In this document: positions 26,764 to 39,345 of the stretch, in pieces | Layout of the letters: each line of letters opens with the position of its first letter | Position numbering within the stretch: the first letter of the stretch is position 1 | Source: Mobula hypostoma | Taxonomy: Eukaryota | Length of the DNA stretch: 64,000 nucleotides | Direction: 5' to 3' | Assembly (NCBI RefSeq): GCF_963921235.1 | Contig: NC_086097.1 | Coordinates: 98,210,001 to 98,274,000 of the forward strand | Position numbers and translations under genes: made by a program | The notes under the pieces: model-generated | What the model was told of the DNA's origin: nothing | Databases searched by the model: none | Seen by the model: only the letters and a program-made list of their open reading frames with translations

Positions 26764-27231
26764 CTGTGGACAGAAAGACAGAGCAGAATAATTAGTAACA
26801 GATTGCGTACAAGTTCCCAACAGTGACGTTGGTAAATGACTTACCCAACAGACACAATGCAAAACATTCATTTCAGAAACAACATCGGGAAATCAACGTT
26901 CACTCCACCTGTTTCGCAATGCAAACTCATCCACCTGGTTTCTCACCCAACAGAAACACTAATCCTTGGACGTCACAAAGTCACACAAAATGCAGAAACC
27001 AACTCCACAGTGCAATCGGAAGTGATGATTACTAGACCAACCATGAGTAGAATCTTAGAGGCCATTTCCATCCATTATACCATATACAAAAGTTTTAGAC
27101 TTCTCATGCATGCACACTCACCAAAATGACAGCACTGCCTTTCTAAAGCCCACAACATAGTTGAAATGTCTCTGTCTCCTTTGGGCGAGCCATATCACAC
27201 ACTCAGCCCTTGTGCAACAGCTCATCCGAAT

Positions 27232-27390
27232 CTCTTACTATCTCTTCTTTCAGTTGGTCCTGACGAAGGGTCTCCACCCAAAACATCGACTGTACCTCTT
27301 CCTATAGATGCTGCCTGGCCTGCTGCGTTCACTAGCAATTTTTATGTGTGTTGCTTGAAATTCCAGTATCTGCAGATTTCCTCGTGTTTG
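27232..27390 (+). mobile_element. 5'-truncated Penelope-like terminal repeat (hammerhead mutated)
   Basis: 13-bp TSD AGCTCATC(C/T)GAAT (27219-27231, 27391-27403); same 3' end ...CCTCGTGTTTG. Confidence 0.8.
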
Positions 27391-27619
27391 AGCTCATCTG
27401 AATTCTGCATTGACATCTTTTCAATCAAATCTTTAGTTCCATACCCAATGTGCCAGATTAGCTGATACATTGTACCTCTTCCAGGTGAACGGAGGTTAAA
27501 CCTTACCCCATCTCTTCTGCCAGTCAGAGATCCTAAATTCATAGATTTGGAGACTGCAGGTGGGTTGTGGAAAAAAAATTCATATTAAAACTTAACATCC
27601 AGAACAACCATTACGCTAC

Positions 27620-27910
27620 CGTGGGGCATCATGGTAGTGTAGCGGCTAGCGCAATACTATTACAGCTCAGGGTATCAAGAGTTCAGAGTTCAATTATAGC
27701 AGAGTCTGTAAGGAGTTTGTATGTTCTCCCTGTGACTGCGTGGCTCTCCTCCGGTTTCCTTCCACAGTCCAAAGGTGTACTGGTCAGTAGGTTAACTGGT
27801 CATTGTAAATTGTCCTGTGATTAGACTTGGGCTAAGTAAGTGTCAAGCTGGGTAGTTGTGGCTCAACGTGTCGGAATGGCCTGATCCACACTGTATCGCC
27901 AAATAAATAC
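27620..27910 (+). mobile_element. tRNA-derived V-SINE
   Basis: tRNA-like head, V-domain TCCGGTTTCCTTCCACAGTCCAAAG, LINE-like tail ending AAATAAAT; related copies at ~31170-31460 and ~36105-36365. Confidence 0.75.
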
Positions 27911-28429
27911 ATCGATAAAGAGCCACCAACTCAAGAACAAGATCGTAACACAGCCCTTCATTTTGATAAAAGCTACACTGAATGTTTTCTTCTGACCACT
28001 TAATTTACTAGATCAGTGGAAGAAAGATGATTGACAATTTCAGGTTTCTGATTTATAAGCAAACAGAAATGGTAGAATAACTCAACCAGTTAAGCACCAT
28101 CTGTAGGAAGGAAACCAGTCATTATTTCATCAAAACACTCATTAGCAAGTTACCTTTTGACCCAATGTTGTAGCTTTGTGAATGCAAAGACCCCCAACAT
28201 AATGATGTTACCCCCAAAGAACCTTCTTTAATAGTTTAATTACTTTACCTTGTTGACTAGAAGAGATAGAAAAAGGTAAAAGAATGTGTTTCACGAACAT
28301 TAGCAATGCTTTTTATGGGGGCACACACTGTGCAGCTTGCATGGAGAATACTTCTGAGGATAAAGGAGAGAACACACAATAAAAACACTCCTGGTCAACC
28401 AAATGAGAAGCTCTCACAAGGGGTTTAAT

Positions 28430-29020
28430 TAAGTCAAGGGACAGAGTTTAAGAGTCGTGATGTAATGATGCAGCTCTATGAAACTCTGGTTAGGCCACAC
28501 TTGGAGTACTGCGTCCAGTTCTGGTTGCCTCACTATAGGAAGGATGTGGAAGCATTGGAAAGGGTACAGAGGAGATTTACCAGGATGCTGCCTGGTTTAG
28601 AGAGTATGCATTATGATCAGAGATTAAGGGAGCTAGGGCTTTACTCTTTGGAGAGAAGGAGGATGAGAGGAGACATGATAGAGGTGTACAAGATAATAAG
28701 AGGAATAGATAGAGTGGATAGCCAGCGCCTCTTCCCCAGGGCACCACTGTTCAATACAAGAGGACATGGCTTTAAGGTAAGGGGTGGGAAGTTCACGGGG
28801 GATGTTAGAGGAAGGTTTTTTACTCAGAGAGTGGTTGGTGCATGGAATGCACTGCCTGAGTCAGTGGTGGAGGCAGATATACTAGTGAAGTTTAAGAGAC
28901 TACTAGACAGGTATATGGAGGAATTTAAGGTGGGGGATTATATGGGAGGCAGGGTTTGCACAACATTGAGGGCTGAAAGGCCTGTAATATGCTGTACTAT
29001 TCTACGTTCTATGTTAAATT
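28430..29020 (+). mobile_element. 5'-truncated young CR1 (ORF2 C-terminus intact)
   Basis: ORF 28465..29052 LVRPHLEYCVQFW...RFFTQRVVGAWNALP; TTCTAYG tail repeats. Confidence 0.92.
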
Positions 29021-29089
29021 CAACTCGTACAAGCCAGTTAGATTCTCAATGAAAACTGGAGCACCTAGGTTAACAAGCTGAGTCAGTTC

Positions 29090-29570
29090 ATAAACAAGAG
29101 AAAATCCATAGATGCTGGAAATCCAAGCTGCAGGAACTCAGCAGGCCAGGCAACATCTACGGAAAAAGAGTACAGTCGACATTTCGGGCTGAGACCCTTC
29201 GGCAGGACTGAAGAAAAAAAGCTGAAGAGTAGATTTAAAAGATGTGGCGGGGGGGGGAAGGAAAGAGAGAAAAACACAAGGTCATAGATGAAGCCTGAAG
29301 GGGGAGGGATGAGGTAAAGAACTGGGAAGTTGTTCGGTGAAAGAGATACAGGGCTGTAGAAGAGGAAGTCTGATAGAAGAGGACACAAGGCCATGGGAGA
29401 AAGGAGGAGGGAGGAGCACCAGAGGGAGGTGATGGGAAGGCAAGGAGATTAGGGAAAAGAGGATGGGGAATGATGTGGGGGGGGGGGTCTTGGCCCAAAA
29501 TATCAACTATACTCTTTTCCATAGATGCTGCCTGGCTTTGAGTTCCTTCAGCCTTTTGTGTGTGTTGATC
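29090..29570. mobile_element. Older Penelope-like terminal repeat with inverted end
   Basis: Degenerate hammerhead (CUGCCGA) on minus strand at ~29174-29209, purine-rich body, inverted piece ~29485-29570. Confidence 0.65.
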
Positions 29571-29581
29571 CAATTTATTTA

Positions 29582-30770
29582 CAAGTTGCAAGAAAAAGTT
29601 TGTGAACCCTTTGCAATTACCTGTTTTTTTTTACATTAATTACTCATAAAATGTGGTCTGATCTTCATCAGAGTCACAATAACAGACAAACAGCCTAAAC
29701 TAATAACACACAAGCATTTATACTTTTCACATCTTTATTGAACACATTGTTTAATCATTCACAGTTCAGGCTGGAAAAAGTATGAATCTTTACTTAATAA
29801 CTGGTAGAACCTCCTTTAGCAGCGATAATCTCCACCAAACATTTCCCGTAGCTGCTGATCAGACTCGCACAACAGTGAGGAGGAATTTTAGACCATCCCT
29901 TCATACAAAACTGTTACAGTTCATGAATATTTCTGGGATACTTTGCATGAACAGCCCTCTTCAGGTCATGCCAAAGCATCTCAATTGGGCAAACACGAGG
30001 AAATCTGCAGATGTTGGAATTTCAAGCAACACACATAAAAGTTCCTGGTGAATTCAGCAGGCCAGGCAGCATCTCTAGGAAAAGGTACAGTCAACGTTTC
30101 GGGCCGAGATCCTTCATCAGGACTGACTCTTCTGAGTCCTGACGAAGGGTCTTGGCCCAAAACGTCGACTGTACCTCTTCCTAGAGATGCTGCCTGGCCT
30201 GCTGCGTTCACCAGCAACTTTTGTGTGTTGCATCTCAATTGGGGTAAGGAACAGACTCTGACTTGGCCATTCCAAACATGAATGTTCTTCTTTCTAAACT
30301 ATTCTGTTGTTGATCTACTCTTGTGTTTCAGCTCATTGTCTTGAACAATGAACCGCCACCCTGACATTCTCCTGTAAAATGTCTCGATACAATTTTGAAT
30401 TTATTGTTCCCTCATCCACTGCAAGCTGTCCAGACCTTGGAGCAGAAAAGCAGCCCCAAACCATGATGCCCCTTCCAATTGGGATGAGGTTTTGGTGTTG
30501 GTGTGCAGTGCCCTTTTACCACCAAACATAGCAACCTGCATTTCTGCCAAAAAGTTCAACTTTTGTCTCATCTGTCCACAGAACACCGTCCCAGAAGCAT
30601 TGCAGAACATCCAGGTGGTCTTCTGCAAACTTAAGATGTGCAGCAATGTTTTTTTTTGGAGAAGAGTTGCTTCCTTCCACAAACACCATTCTTGTTCAAT
30701 GCTTTTCTTATAATGGACACATGAACAGAGACTTTAGCAAGATCTAGAGACTCTTGCACGTCTTTTGCTG
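29582..30770 (-). mobile_element. Tc1/mariner transposon remnant
   Basis: TA + CAAGTTGCAAGAAAAAGTTTGTGAACC terminus with an inner direct repeat at ~29773; frameshifted transposase VLWTDETKVELF...IMVWGCFSA at ~30440-30680. Confidence 0.8.
29990..30229. mobile_element. Palindromic Penelope-like insertion (two inverted hammerhead-bearing repeats) in the Tc1 remnant
   Basis: 14-bp TSD GCATCTCAATTGGG (29976-29989, 30230-30243); inverted arms 30026-30124 and 30135-30231. Confidence 0.85.
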
Positions 30771-32829
30771 TCGTACTTAAGGCACAGAAAACAGTCATTT
30801 GGTTCAAGGTACAAGATAATTGCGTACACGACCCTTCATCACCCTGACACCAGAAATATACACTTGTGTGTTTACTTAGCTTCCCATCAAGTAGTGAAAA
30901 GCCAGATAAACTGAATATCTTAATCTTATCAGGGGATATGCGTTAGTGCAAATAAGCAACACTACGCTAAATAACCAACCACAACCCACATGGTTAGAGT
31001 CAGCACAAAGGGTTGAATTGCTCATGCCTGCTTCTATTTCATATCTTCTCATAAATGACACAGTATATCAGTTAGTATGTCTCCAGTCTGAGGCAGAAAT
31101 CTCTAGAAAGGCAGAGAGCTCTCAGATATCTATGACACTCTCAGGAGAGAGCCATGTCCATTTTTGTGAATATTAGTAGAGCTATAATCTCACAGCTCCA
31201 ACAACCTGGGTTCAGACCTGACCTCAGATGCTGTCCGTTCAGAGTCTGCACTTTCTCCATGTGACCTTGTGCTCAACTTTCTTCCCACATCCTAAAGATT
31301 GGTAGGGCAACTAGCAGTAGTAAACTGCCCCCAGTGTAGGTGGAACCTGGGGTGAGATGATGCTAAAATGGGAAGGGTAAATTTGGTTAGGGTAGGATTT
31401 GATTTGATTGCCTGATGGTTGGCACTGATTTAATGGGCCAAACGATCTATTTCCAAACTGCCAATCCATGAGTCCAGAACCCAGAGTGCACAAGCATGAT
31501 GTGGTTATTTGTGGCACTCACTGAGAGCTATCTGATTGCTACACCTATTTCATTACAATACTGACAGTAGTTCAAAGTACAGGATTGATTCGAATTTGAA
31601 ATTCCAAGGTCATCAGTGAAACGCCTCCTACAGCAGAGTGCACAGTACACAGTACTGCTGTCCCTCAGCTCCACAGACCCCAACTTAACCTCAATGTGTA
31701 AACTCCAGACAACAATGGGCACTCTCTGTGACTGTATGGGTTTCCTTCTACACCCCAAACACACACTGCTCAATGTCAATGACTCCCTGGGGTGGGTGGG
31801 TCGCAGTGAATGAAGAAGGGGAGATACAGGAGGGGGAAACCGATGGGTATGCGAAAGGGAACATGTGGCAGACAGGCAACTAAAGGAGAATGCTCCAAGA
31901 GCTGATATAAACTTGATGGACCAAAAAAACCTCCTGCTTCACTTGAAAATACATAAATAAACCTTGTTTATAGAGGCTGCTAATGGTGGTGGTGATGGTA
32001 CTGTATAGACCCACAGGGCTGAGTAGTACTTTGACTATACATCAGCTGATGTGAACCTGATGACATGAAGCAAACTGTCTGACCTTGGTCTGACTGTGGG
32101 GGTGAATCAGAACTGGTTTTAACTGCATGGAACTTGCAAGTTCAATATATTCTTTAAATGTACAGCATACTGAGCTGCTGTCCTAGAGGAAGCAATTTAA
32201 CTCTGCAAATTACACTCAGAATGTGGTGCAAGCAAGTCACAATTTAATTGGAGGTTTAAATGACTTAATTGTGTCATATTTACAGACTTCCCTCTCCTCG
32301 TAGCCTTCAAAAATTACATCACATCACAGGATGTTGTTAGAAAAACAACTCTCTCTTCATGTTGGCAACCTTTAAGAGTGCCAATTTATGATGAAAAATC
32401 TTCACAACAATGCCCAAGAGAGCAAGAATGGAGCTGTGCGGGTGAGAACTTACCCACTCACTAGTCCCAAGTGGAGGGGGTAAAATTGGAACCAGAGACA
32501 CAAACAAAACCACACATGTTGGAAATCTGGATCAACACACATAAAATGCTGGGGGAACTCAGGTCAGGCAGCAAAAGTGAACAGATGATGTTTCTGGCCG
32601 AGACCCTTCATTAGGACTGGGAAGGAATAAAGCAGAAGCCAGAATAAAAGGGCGGGAGAGAAGGAAGAACATGAACTGGCAGGAGACAGGTGAATCCAAG
32701 TGAAGGGGAAAGGCAGGAGGGGTGGGGGGTTAGGGAAAAATGCAAGCTGGAAGGTGACAGGTGGGGAAGGCAAAGGGGGGAAAGATCAGGAATCTGATAG
32801 ATGAGAGTACCAGTGCTATCTTGTGTGAG

Positions 32830-33770
32830 GGGACACACTAGTCCTCATCGAAGGATAAGAGGAGGAAAGGGTGAGCAGTTTCAAGTTCCCGGGTGTCAAC
32901 ATCTCTGAGGATCTATCCTGGATCCAACGTATTGATGCAATTACTAAAAAGGCACAACAGTGGCTACATTTCATGAGGGGTTTGAGGAGAACTGGGATAT
33001 CACCAAAGGCACTCGCAAATTTCTGCAGATGTACCATAGAGGATTCCACCTGGTCCCCCAGCATCCAGAACTTTTTCAAAAGCTGATGCCCCAAAAAGGC
33101 CGTATCCATCATTAACTGCTCCCATCACCCAGGGCATGCCGTCATTCTCATCAAGGAGAAGATACAGAATCCTAAAGCCACACACCCAACATTTCAGGAA
33201 TAGGTTCTTCCCCCTCTGCCACTAGATTTCTGAATGGACTTTGAACCCATGAACACTAACTTAATTTCTATAAGTGAGTGATAATAAACCTGATTCTGAT
33301 ATGGGTCTCTATTGTGGACTGAGAGTGGGAAGGGGGCTGGAAGAGGGGAATCGTGGTTGGGGAAAGGGGAAGGGAGAGGGGAGGGAGTAGAAAGAACCCG
33401 ATAGACATTCTGTAATGATCAATAAACCAAATGGTTGGAATCAAATGACTTCGCCTGGTGGTTCAGGCTAGGTGTCTACACCTCCGCCAACCCCCATCCC
33501 TGGCACTCCTTCTCTGCCACCTGCCCCACACCCCGCCTGCAGTGCTCCATCCTTGCCATTCCCAACATCCTTCGCTCCTGCCTGATTTACAAACTTGCCC
33601 TCCGTCTGCAAAAGTTTTAGGTACCTGAGCAATTCAAGTGCCGAGGACTTTTGCATAGTACTGTATATAATGTATAGTTCTTATTACGATATATTGCAAT
33701 GTACTTCTGCTGCAAAACAACAAATTTCATGACATATAGCGGTGATATTAAACATGAGTCTGAGATAATG
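32830..33770 (+). mobile_element. Rex1-like LINE 3' fragment splitting an older Penelope-like copy (~32495-32815 and ~33770-34030)
   Basis: ORF 32871..33086 SSFKFPGVNISEDLSW...KKAQQWLHF. Confidence 0.75.
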
Positions 33771-36744
33771 GAACAAGGGAGAGGAAGGGGAAGATGATGG
33801 GCATGTCATAACAGTAGAGGAAGGGAAAGAGGAGGGGTGATGGAGCTAGGGTTACAGGGAAAACCGAGGGGTGTGGGGGAGAGTGATTACCGAAAGTCAG
33901 GAATTGATGTTGACACTGTCAGGTTTCAGACAACTTCCCATTCTACTTTCACTTAATGTAATTCCACTTCCCATTCCCTCACTGATTTGTCTGTCCACAC
34001 CATCCTCTACATGCCAGGTACAGATCAGAGAGTAACATCTCATATTACACTTTGCTGCTCTGGCATTGCTCTCTTCCTTTGTAGTCCTGATGATGGGTCT
34101 CAATCCAAAAGATCAACTGTTGATTTCCTTCTACAGGTGGCTGCCTGACCCACTGAGCTCCTCCAGCAGATTGAGAATTGGACCCAGGTCAAGTTCCTTC
34201 TTAGCTAAACTATGTCATCATTCCATGACAAATCAAAGCAATGCACTGCTAGCTGCTTTCAAAGGGTCCAACATTAAAACAAAACTCATCTTGCTGATAC
34301 ATGACAGCAAATCCAACTCGTAGAACTAGTGATCAAGAATAAACTTGCATTGTGGCCTGCCAATGTAGATGATGCTTACAAGAGTGGTCATGTGAGGTGC
34401 TCACTTGACTCTGCGCCTACAAATTCATAAACACACTTAGAAAATTTGGGGTGGAAAGGGTGTTGGATTAAAACCATTATATCCCCATTAATACAGAACG
34501 GTACAGCACAAGAACATGCCCTTCAGCCCTCCATATCAGTGCTGGCTATGAGACCAACTTAAACTCCAAAAAAAGTGAACTATAAACCTCACGTCTGGGA
34601 TTGGATGGCATGGAGAATGACAATGCAACTGGAGACAAAAACTCACAAAACGACAGAGTTTTAACTGACTGAAGGGGCAGGAAAGACACGGACACGCGCT
34701 CTAAAGCCAAGAAATAGTGAAATTATGTAAGGCTACAGGGTGCAGTCACATAGCATTGCCACATTCTGATTGCTTCATTACAGGGAAGGACAGGAAAGAG
34801 CTCAGCGCTGGCGTCTGCATTCCTTTCTGTCCCACCTTCATCCACAACCTGACTAATCTTCCTCTCGTCCCAGTGGCCCGACAACAGTCTGTATCCTTCA
34901 CTGGTTCAAACAGTATCTAATTTTTCCTTAAAATATGCAATTGTCTTGTTGTGACAAAGTAATTCATAACAATTTTCTATTATCATTTCTAACCATACAT
35001 TTTTTAAAAAATAACTTTTCAACAGTTACACCTTTGCCTGTTCTTCAGATCTCTGCAATCAACTTCCAACCACAATTATCTCTCCCTACTTGGCCTGTCA
35101 TCCACTAAGAACAGACTCTCCCCACTGTCTAACCATAGGCATTACCTTAAGAGACTACTATTATTTCCACTAGAGACTTGAGGTTTGTGTTCTATTTCTT
35201 TGGATACACAGAAAAGTCATAACGATAAAATAATTTCTCACATTGTATGTTTTCCAAACACACTTGAAAATTAAGTGAGGAATAGCATGTCATTGCACCT
35301 GAAATAGAAGCAATGCCTTCAGAGGAGAGTGCACATATTGCAGGACAAAGTGCACATATCAGAAATGCATCAGGGGGCAGCGTCTGGACTCTTATTACAC
35401 GACTGTGACCCCCTTGTGTGTGACTGTTGGTAGTGTTTCTTTACACCTTGACTCCACAGTTATGCGTTCTCGTCTGGCTGCATTCCATGTATGGTTAAAT
35501 GACAATTAAACTTGAATTGATAGGATATGAGGGAAATACTGTAAAAACAATGAGTGCTTAGCGGCTGGAGATCCAAAGGGCCTACTTATCATGAGTCTCT
35601 GATAGATTGCAAAGTATAGTGGGACAATTAACAGTTAAATGCCTTGGCATCCTTTCCAGTCATTGCCACATCCTCTTCCCTACTTTCATAGAGCATATAA
35701 ACTTCCCAACTCTCATATGTCTTATTAACCCCCATCACAAGCAGTCTCAGACCAGAAAGTCATGAGTAGTCAGGACAAGTTAGAATTTCTTCACCCACGG
35801 GAGCCATGACGGCTAATGAGTGACCTGAAAAACAGCACTCAAGTTCCTGATTAGTTAGCCAGGGGGATTATGTGTTCTACTATACATGGACACAGTAAGG
35901 TGACAGAAACATACAACTAATGCAGAACAATTGCCATCAATACCAGAGACAATGAAATTCTGTCATGCACCAACCATAAAGAGCCCTTGAATAGTTTTAT
36001 ACAAGTGAATTAGTCACTTTTTTGAATTGGAAGGGGATGTTAAAGGCAAGAAGAATTAAGCAGTCGCATTGAAGTAAAAGAAATCAAAGGACCCAAGTGC
36101 TAACTGTGTGTTCTCCCTGTGACTACACAGATTTCCTCCCAAATCCCAAAGATGTGCAGATTGGTAGGTTCACTGGTTGTGATAAGTTACCGCAGGTGTA
36201 CAGGTGAGTGGTAGAAATTTTGTGTGTGGGGGGGGGACAGTTTGATGAGAATGAGGGGAGAATTAAAAAACAGGATTGATGTACGTACATTAGTGCAAAT
36301 GTGTGGACGCACCAACCAAATACTCGGTGGGCTGTTGACCCGTTTCTGTGTTGTACCGATTCCTTAGGCTCAATCCAGTCTGGCCTTTGAGGATGAAACA
36401 TACCTAATCTAATGGACCACATGATCAAAGACAGCTCAAGGTGAGGCTGACCACAGGATATTTCATTCCTGAGATAACTTTCTCCCAAAGCATTAGTACA
36501 GCTAGCTCTTCTTATGCTGTTACACCAAACCAACCGTGTGGAACACTGATGGGCAGGATGTGTCAGCAAAAATTCCATTTGGTGACACACATTAAAGGAG
36601 AACTGATGCAAACACAACAATATAACCACAAAGAAGCCAAATATGGCCAGGCACATTAGAAATAGAAAACAAACAGGAGATTTTACAAGAATCCCATAAT
36701 CATATCCATGAAACTGGCTGACCAATAAAGACTGCGCTCCTCAC

Positions 36745-36817
36745 CTGAGAGTACCATTCTCTCCCTTGTCGAGGCTGGTGAATCTGCTGTACAGGCGTGT
36801 AATCTGGCTGTGAGAGA
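36745..36817 (-). CDS. CHP1: CHP1 exon 2 (FSHSQITRLYSRFTSLDKGENGTLS)
   Basis: 73 nt, AG/GT boundaries, phase continuous with exon 1, peptide matches CHP1. Confidence 0.97.
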
Positions 36818-36919
36818 CTGGCAAAAAAAACACAAAGCCATCAGATGGGGCTGAATGTGAGGTTCAGTGAAAACATCTTCCCTGCCTGCATGACATTAGT
36901 TCAGTGCTAGCTCGGTAAC

Positions 36920-37230
36920 GATGAGTGAAACGGCGACCCACCTCGCCCTCTCCCATCCCACCATCTCCCCGGCCCTGTCCGCCCGTCCGGCCCCGGACTC
37001 ACAGCCCGTCTCCTTCTTGATGTCCTCGATCTCCTCCTCCCGGAGCAGACTGGACGCCCTGGAGCCCATCTCGTGCTGCGGCCTTCAGCTCGCGACGCGC
37101 TGCAAATACCCCCCTCCTGTCCGGTGACGCCACCTCACGCCCACTGACCTCACGGGGCGTGGCTTGCTGACGCAAGAGCGGCAGCGTCTGTCCTCGTCTT
37201 CCGCTCCGCAGAACTCGGGGTAACTTCACT
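36920..37230 (-). promoter_or_regulatory. CpG-rich promoter/5' UTR of CHP1
   Basis: CpG-dense island over exon 1 in otherwise CpG-poor host DNA; TGACG CRE-like half sites, GGGGCGTGG GC-box and GCGGAAG ETS-like motif upstream of the ATG. Confidence 0.75.
37003..37069 (-). CDS. CHP1: CHP1 coding exon 1 (MGSRASSLLREEEIEDIKKETG), N-myristoylation Gly2
   Basis: ATG at 37069; translation matches the vertebrate CHP1 N-terminus; 67 nt; GTGAGT donor follows. Confidence 0.97.
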
Positions 37231-37892
37231 GCAACTTCAGAGTCAGTATTATTGTCACTGACATATGTCGTGAAATTCGCTGTCTTGCGGCATCACTACA
37301 GGGCAGTACATAAAATATTCTACAAATTACTATAATTTGGTAAGGTGGAGTGGTCACAACAACGGGGCATGCAGTTCAATTCTTCTAAATGTGAAACCAT
37401 GCGTGTTACCAGGTAAAACATCATATAAAATCCTCGGTGTCACCCTTGAATAAACCAAACAGATCAAGTATCTTGGTATCAAAATCCAGAATGATGTACG
37501 CTGGAATAGTCAGACACATCATGCACAGGAGTCCTAAATTTTTTGAGATGCAATTTTCATCATTGTTCAGCTTCAGTTAAGGAGAAGTTGTACCTCACCA
37601 TTGTTAGGCCACATTTGGAATATGCAGTTGCTGCATGGGACCCATACACAAACAAAAACACTACTTCCATCGAGCGAGTCCAAAGACAGGCAGCCCGATT
37701 TGTCACGAATACCTATGAAAGAGAAGCGAGTGTTACTCAACTTTTAAATCATTAAAGTGGAACTCTCTCCAAGACAGACGTGAAGCTCCGCCTGTCCTGT
37801 TTTTACAAAATGTTAAATGGTCAGCTCGACATAGACTGCCAATCCCACATCAAACCCAAACCTATTAGGAGCAGAAGAGGGCACTCAACTCA

Positions 37893-38465
37893 TTCCATTC
37901 CCATTCTGACATGTCTATCCACGGCCTCCTCTACTGTAAAGATGAAGCCACACTCAGGTTGGAGGAACAACACCTTATATTCCGTCTGGGTAGCCTCCAA
38001 CCTGATGGCATGAACATTGACTTCTCTAACTTCTGCTAGGCCCCACCTCCCCCTCGTACCCCAGCTGTTACTCATTTTTATGCACACATTCTTTCTCTCA
38101 CTCTCCTTTTTCTCCCTCTGTCCCTCTGAATATACCTCTTGCCCATCCTCTGGGTCACCCCCCCCGTCTTTCTCCCTAGGCCTCCTGTCCCATGATCCTC
38201 TCGTATTCCCTTTTGCCTATCACCTGTCCAGCTCTCGGCTCTATCCCTCCCCCTCCTGTCTTCTCCTATCATTTTGCATCTCCCCCTCCCCCTCCAGCTT
38301 TCAAATCCCTTACTCACTCTTCCTTCAGTTAGTCCTGACGAAGGGTCTCGGCCTGAAACGTCGACTGCGCCTCTTCCTATAGATGCTGCTTGGCCTGCTG
38401 CGTTCACCAGCAACTTTGATGTATGTTGCTTGAATTCCCAGCATCTGCAGAATTCCTGTTGTTTA
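37893..38465 (+). mobile_element. Young Penelope-like element 3' part (GIY-YIG C-terminus plus terminal repeat)
   Basis: 11-bp TSD CACTCAACTCA (37882-37892, 38466-38476); nearly identical to 49153-49690 reversed. Confidence 0.9.
38331..38366 (+). ncRNA. Minimal type I hammerhead ribozyme motif (Penelope-associated)
   Basis: AGUC-CUGACGA-AGG(GUCUCGG)CCU-GAAA-C-GUC^GACU: stem I AGUC/GACU, conserved cores, palindromic ACGU stem III. Confidence 0.75.
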
Positions 38466-38861
38466 CACTCAACTCAATTTGAAATACTAACTACCAAGTC
38501 AGATGTGTATAGCGGTTCACTTTTCCCCCACACAATTAAAGCATGGAATAATCTTCATCCTACCATAGTCACACAACCAAACCCAATTAAATTTAAGGCA
38601 GCTTTTCTTCTTCAAAAATCTCCTTCTTAAGTCCACCCTCCGCCACCTCCAGTTTAAGTTCCATGCGGAATATTTTGGAGGATCAAGAACCAAGAACCAA
38701 GATAACTTCAACTACAACCTCTTCCTCATCAAATATCCAACTCCAAAACTCTGCATCCACCGCCCTTCAGTTATATTAACCCTCAGAGAGAAAAGAAATT
38801 GCCTCATCTCCATCTTCAGTGGGTGACCTCCTACTGTTAAACAGTAAACCCCGATCCTATC

Positions 38862-39345
38862 ACAAACAAAGGAACATCTGCAGACGCTGGAAATCCGAGC
38901 AACACACACACAAAATGCTGGAGGAACTCAGCAGGCTGGGCAGCATCTATGGAAAAGAGTACAGTCGGCGTTTCGGGCTGAGACCCTTCGGCAGAACTGG
39001 AGAAAAATGAGGGGACAGGGGGGAGAAACACAAGGTGACAGATGAAACCGGGTGGGGAGGGGAGGGGTGATGAAGTAAAGAGCTGGGAAGTTAACTGGCG
39101 AAAGAGATACAGGACTGAAAAAGGGGGAGTCTAATAGGAGTGGACAGATAGGAATGGAAGAAAGAAGAAAGGGGAGGAGAACCAGATGGGCAGACAAGGA
39201 CATAAGGTGAGAGAGAGAAATGGGAATGGGCAATAGAGAAGTGGAGTGGGAAATTACCAAAGTTTGAGAAATCGATATAAGGTGTCGCTCCTCCAATCTG
39301 AGTGTGGTTTCATCGCGACAGTAGAGGAAGCTGTGGATGGACATG
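38862..39345 (-). mobile_element. Older Penelope-like 3' fragment
   Basis: LYCRDETTLRLEERHLI in ORF 38928..39431; degenerate hammerhead at ~38963-38998. Confidence 0.75.

Larger units (their letters stand above)
37340..38702 (+). mobile_element. CR1/L2-group LINE 3' part of a different lineage from the dominant CR1 family
   Basis: LYLTIVRPHLEYAVAAWDPY...IERVQRQAARFV; FPHTIKAWNNL; tail of ACCAAGA repeats. Confidence 0.8.

Noticed and set aside
27620..27700. tRNA gene
   Set aside because: Degenerate tRNA-derived SINE head continuing into a V-domain; no cloverleaf
36123..36725. 200-aa minus-strand ORF in CHP1 intron 2
   Set aside because: No recognisable domain, partly overlaps a V-SINE, no supporting exon context
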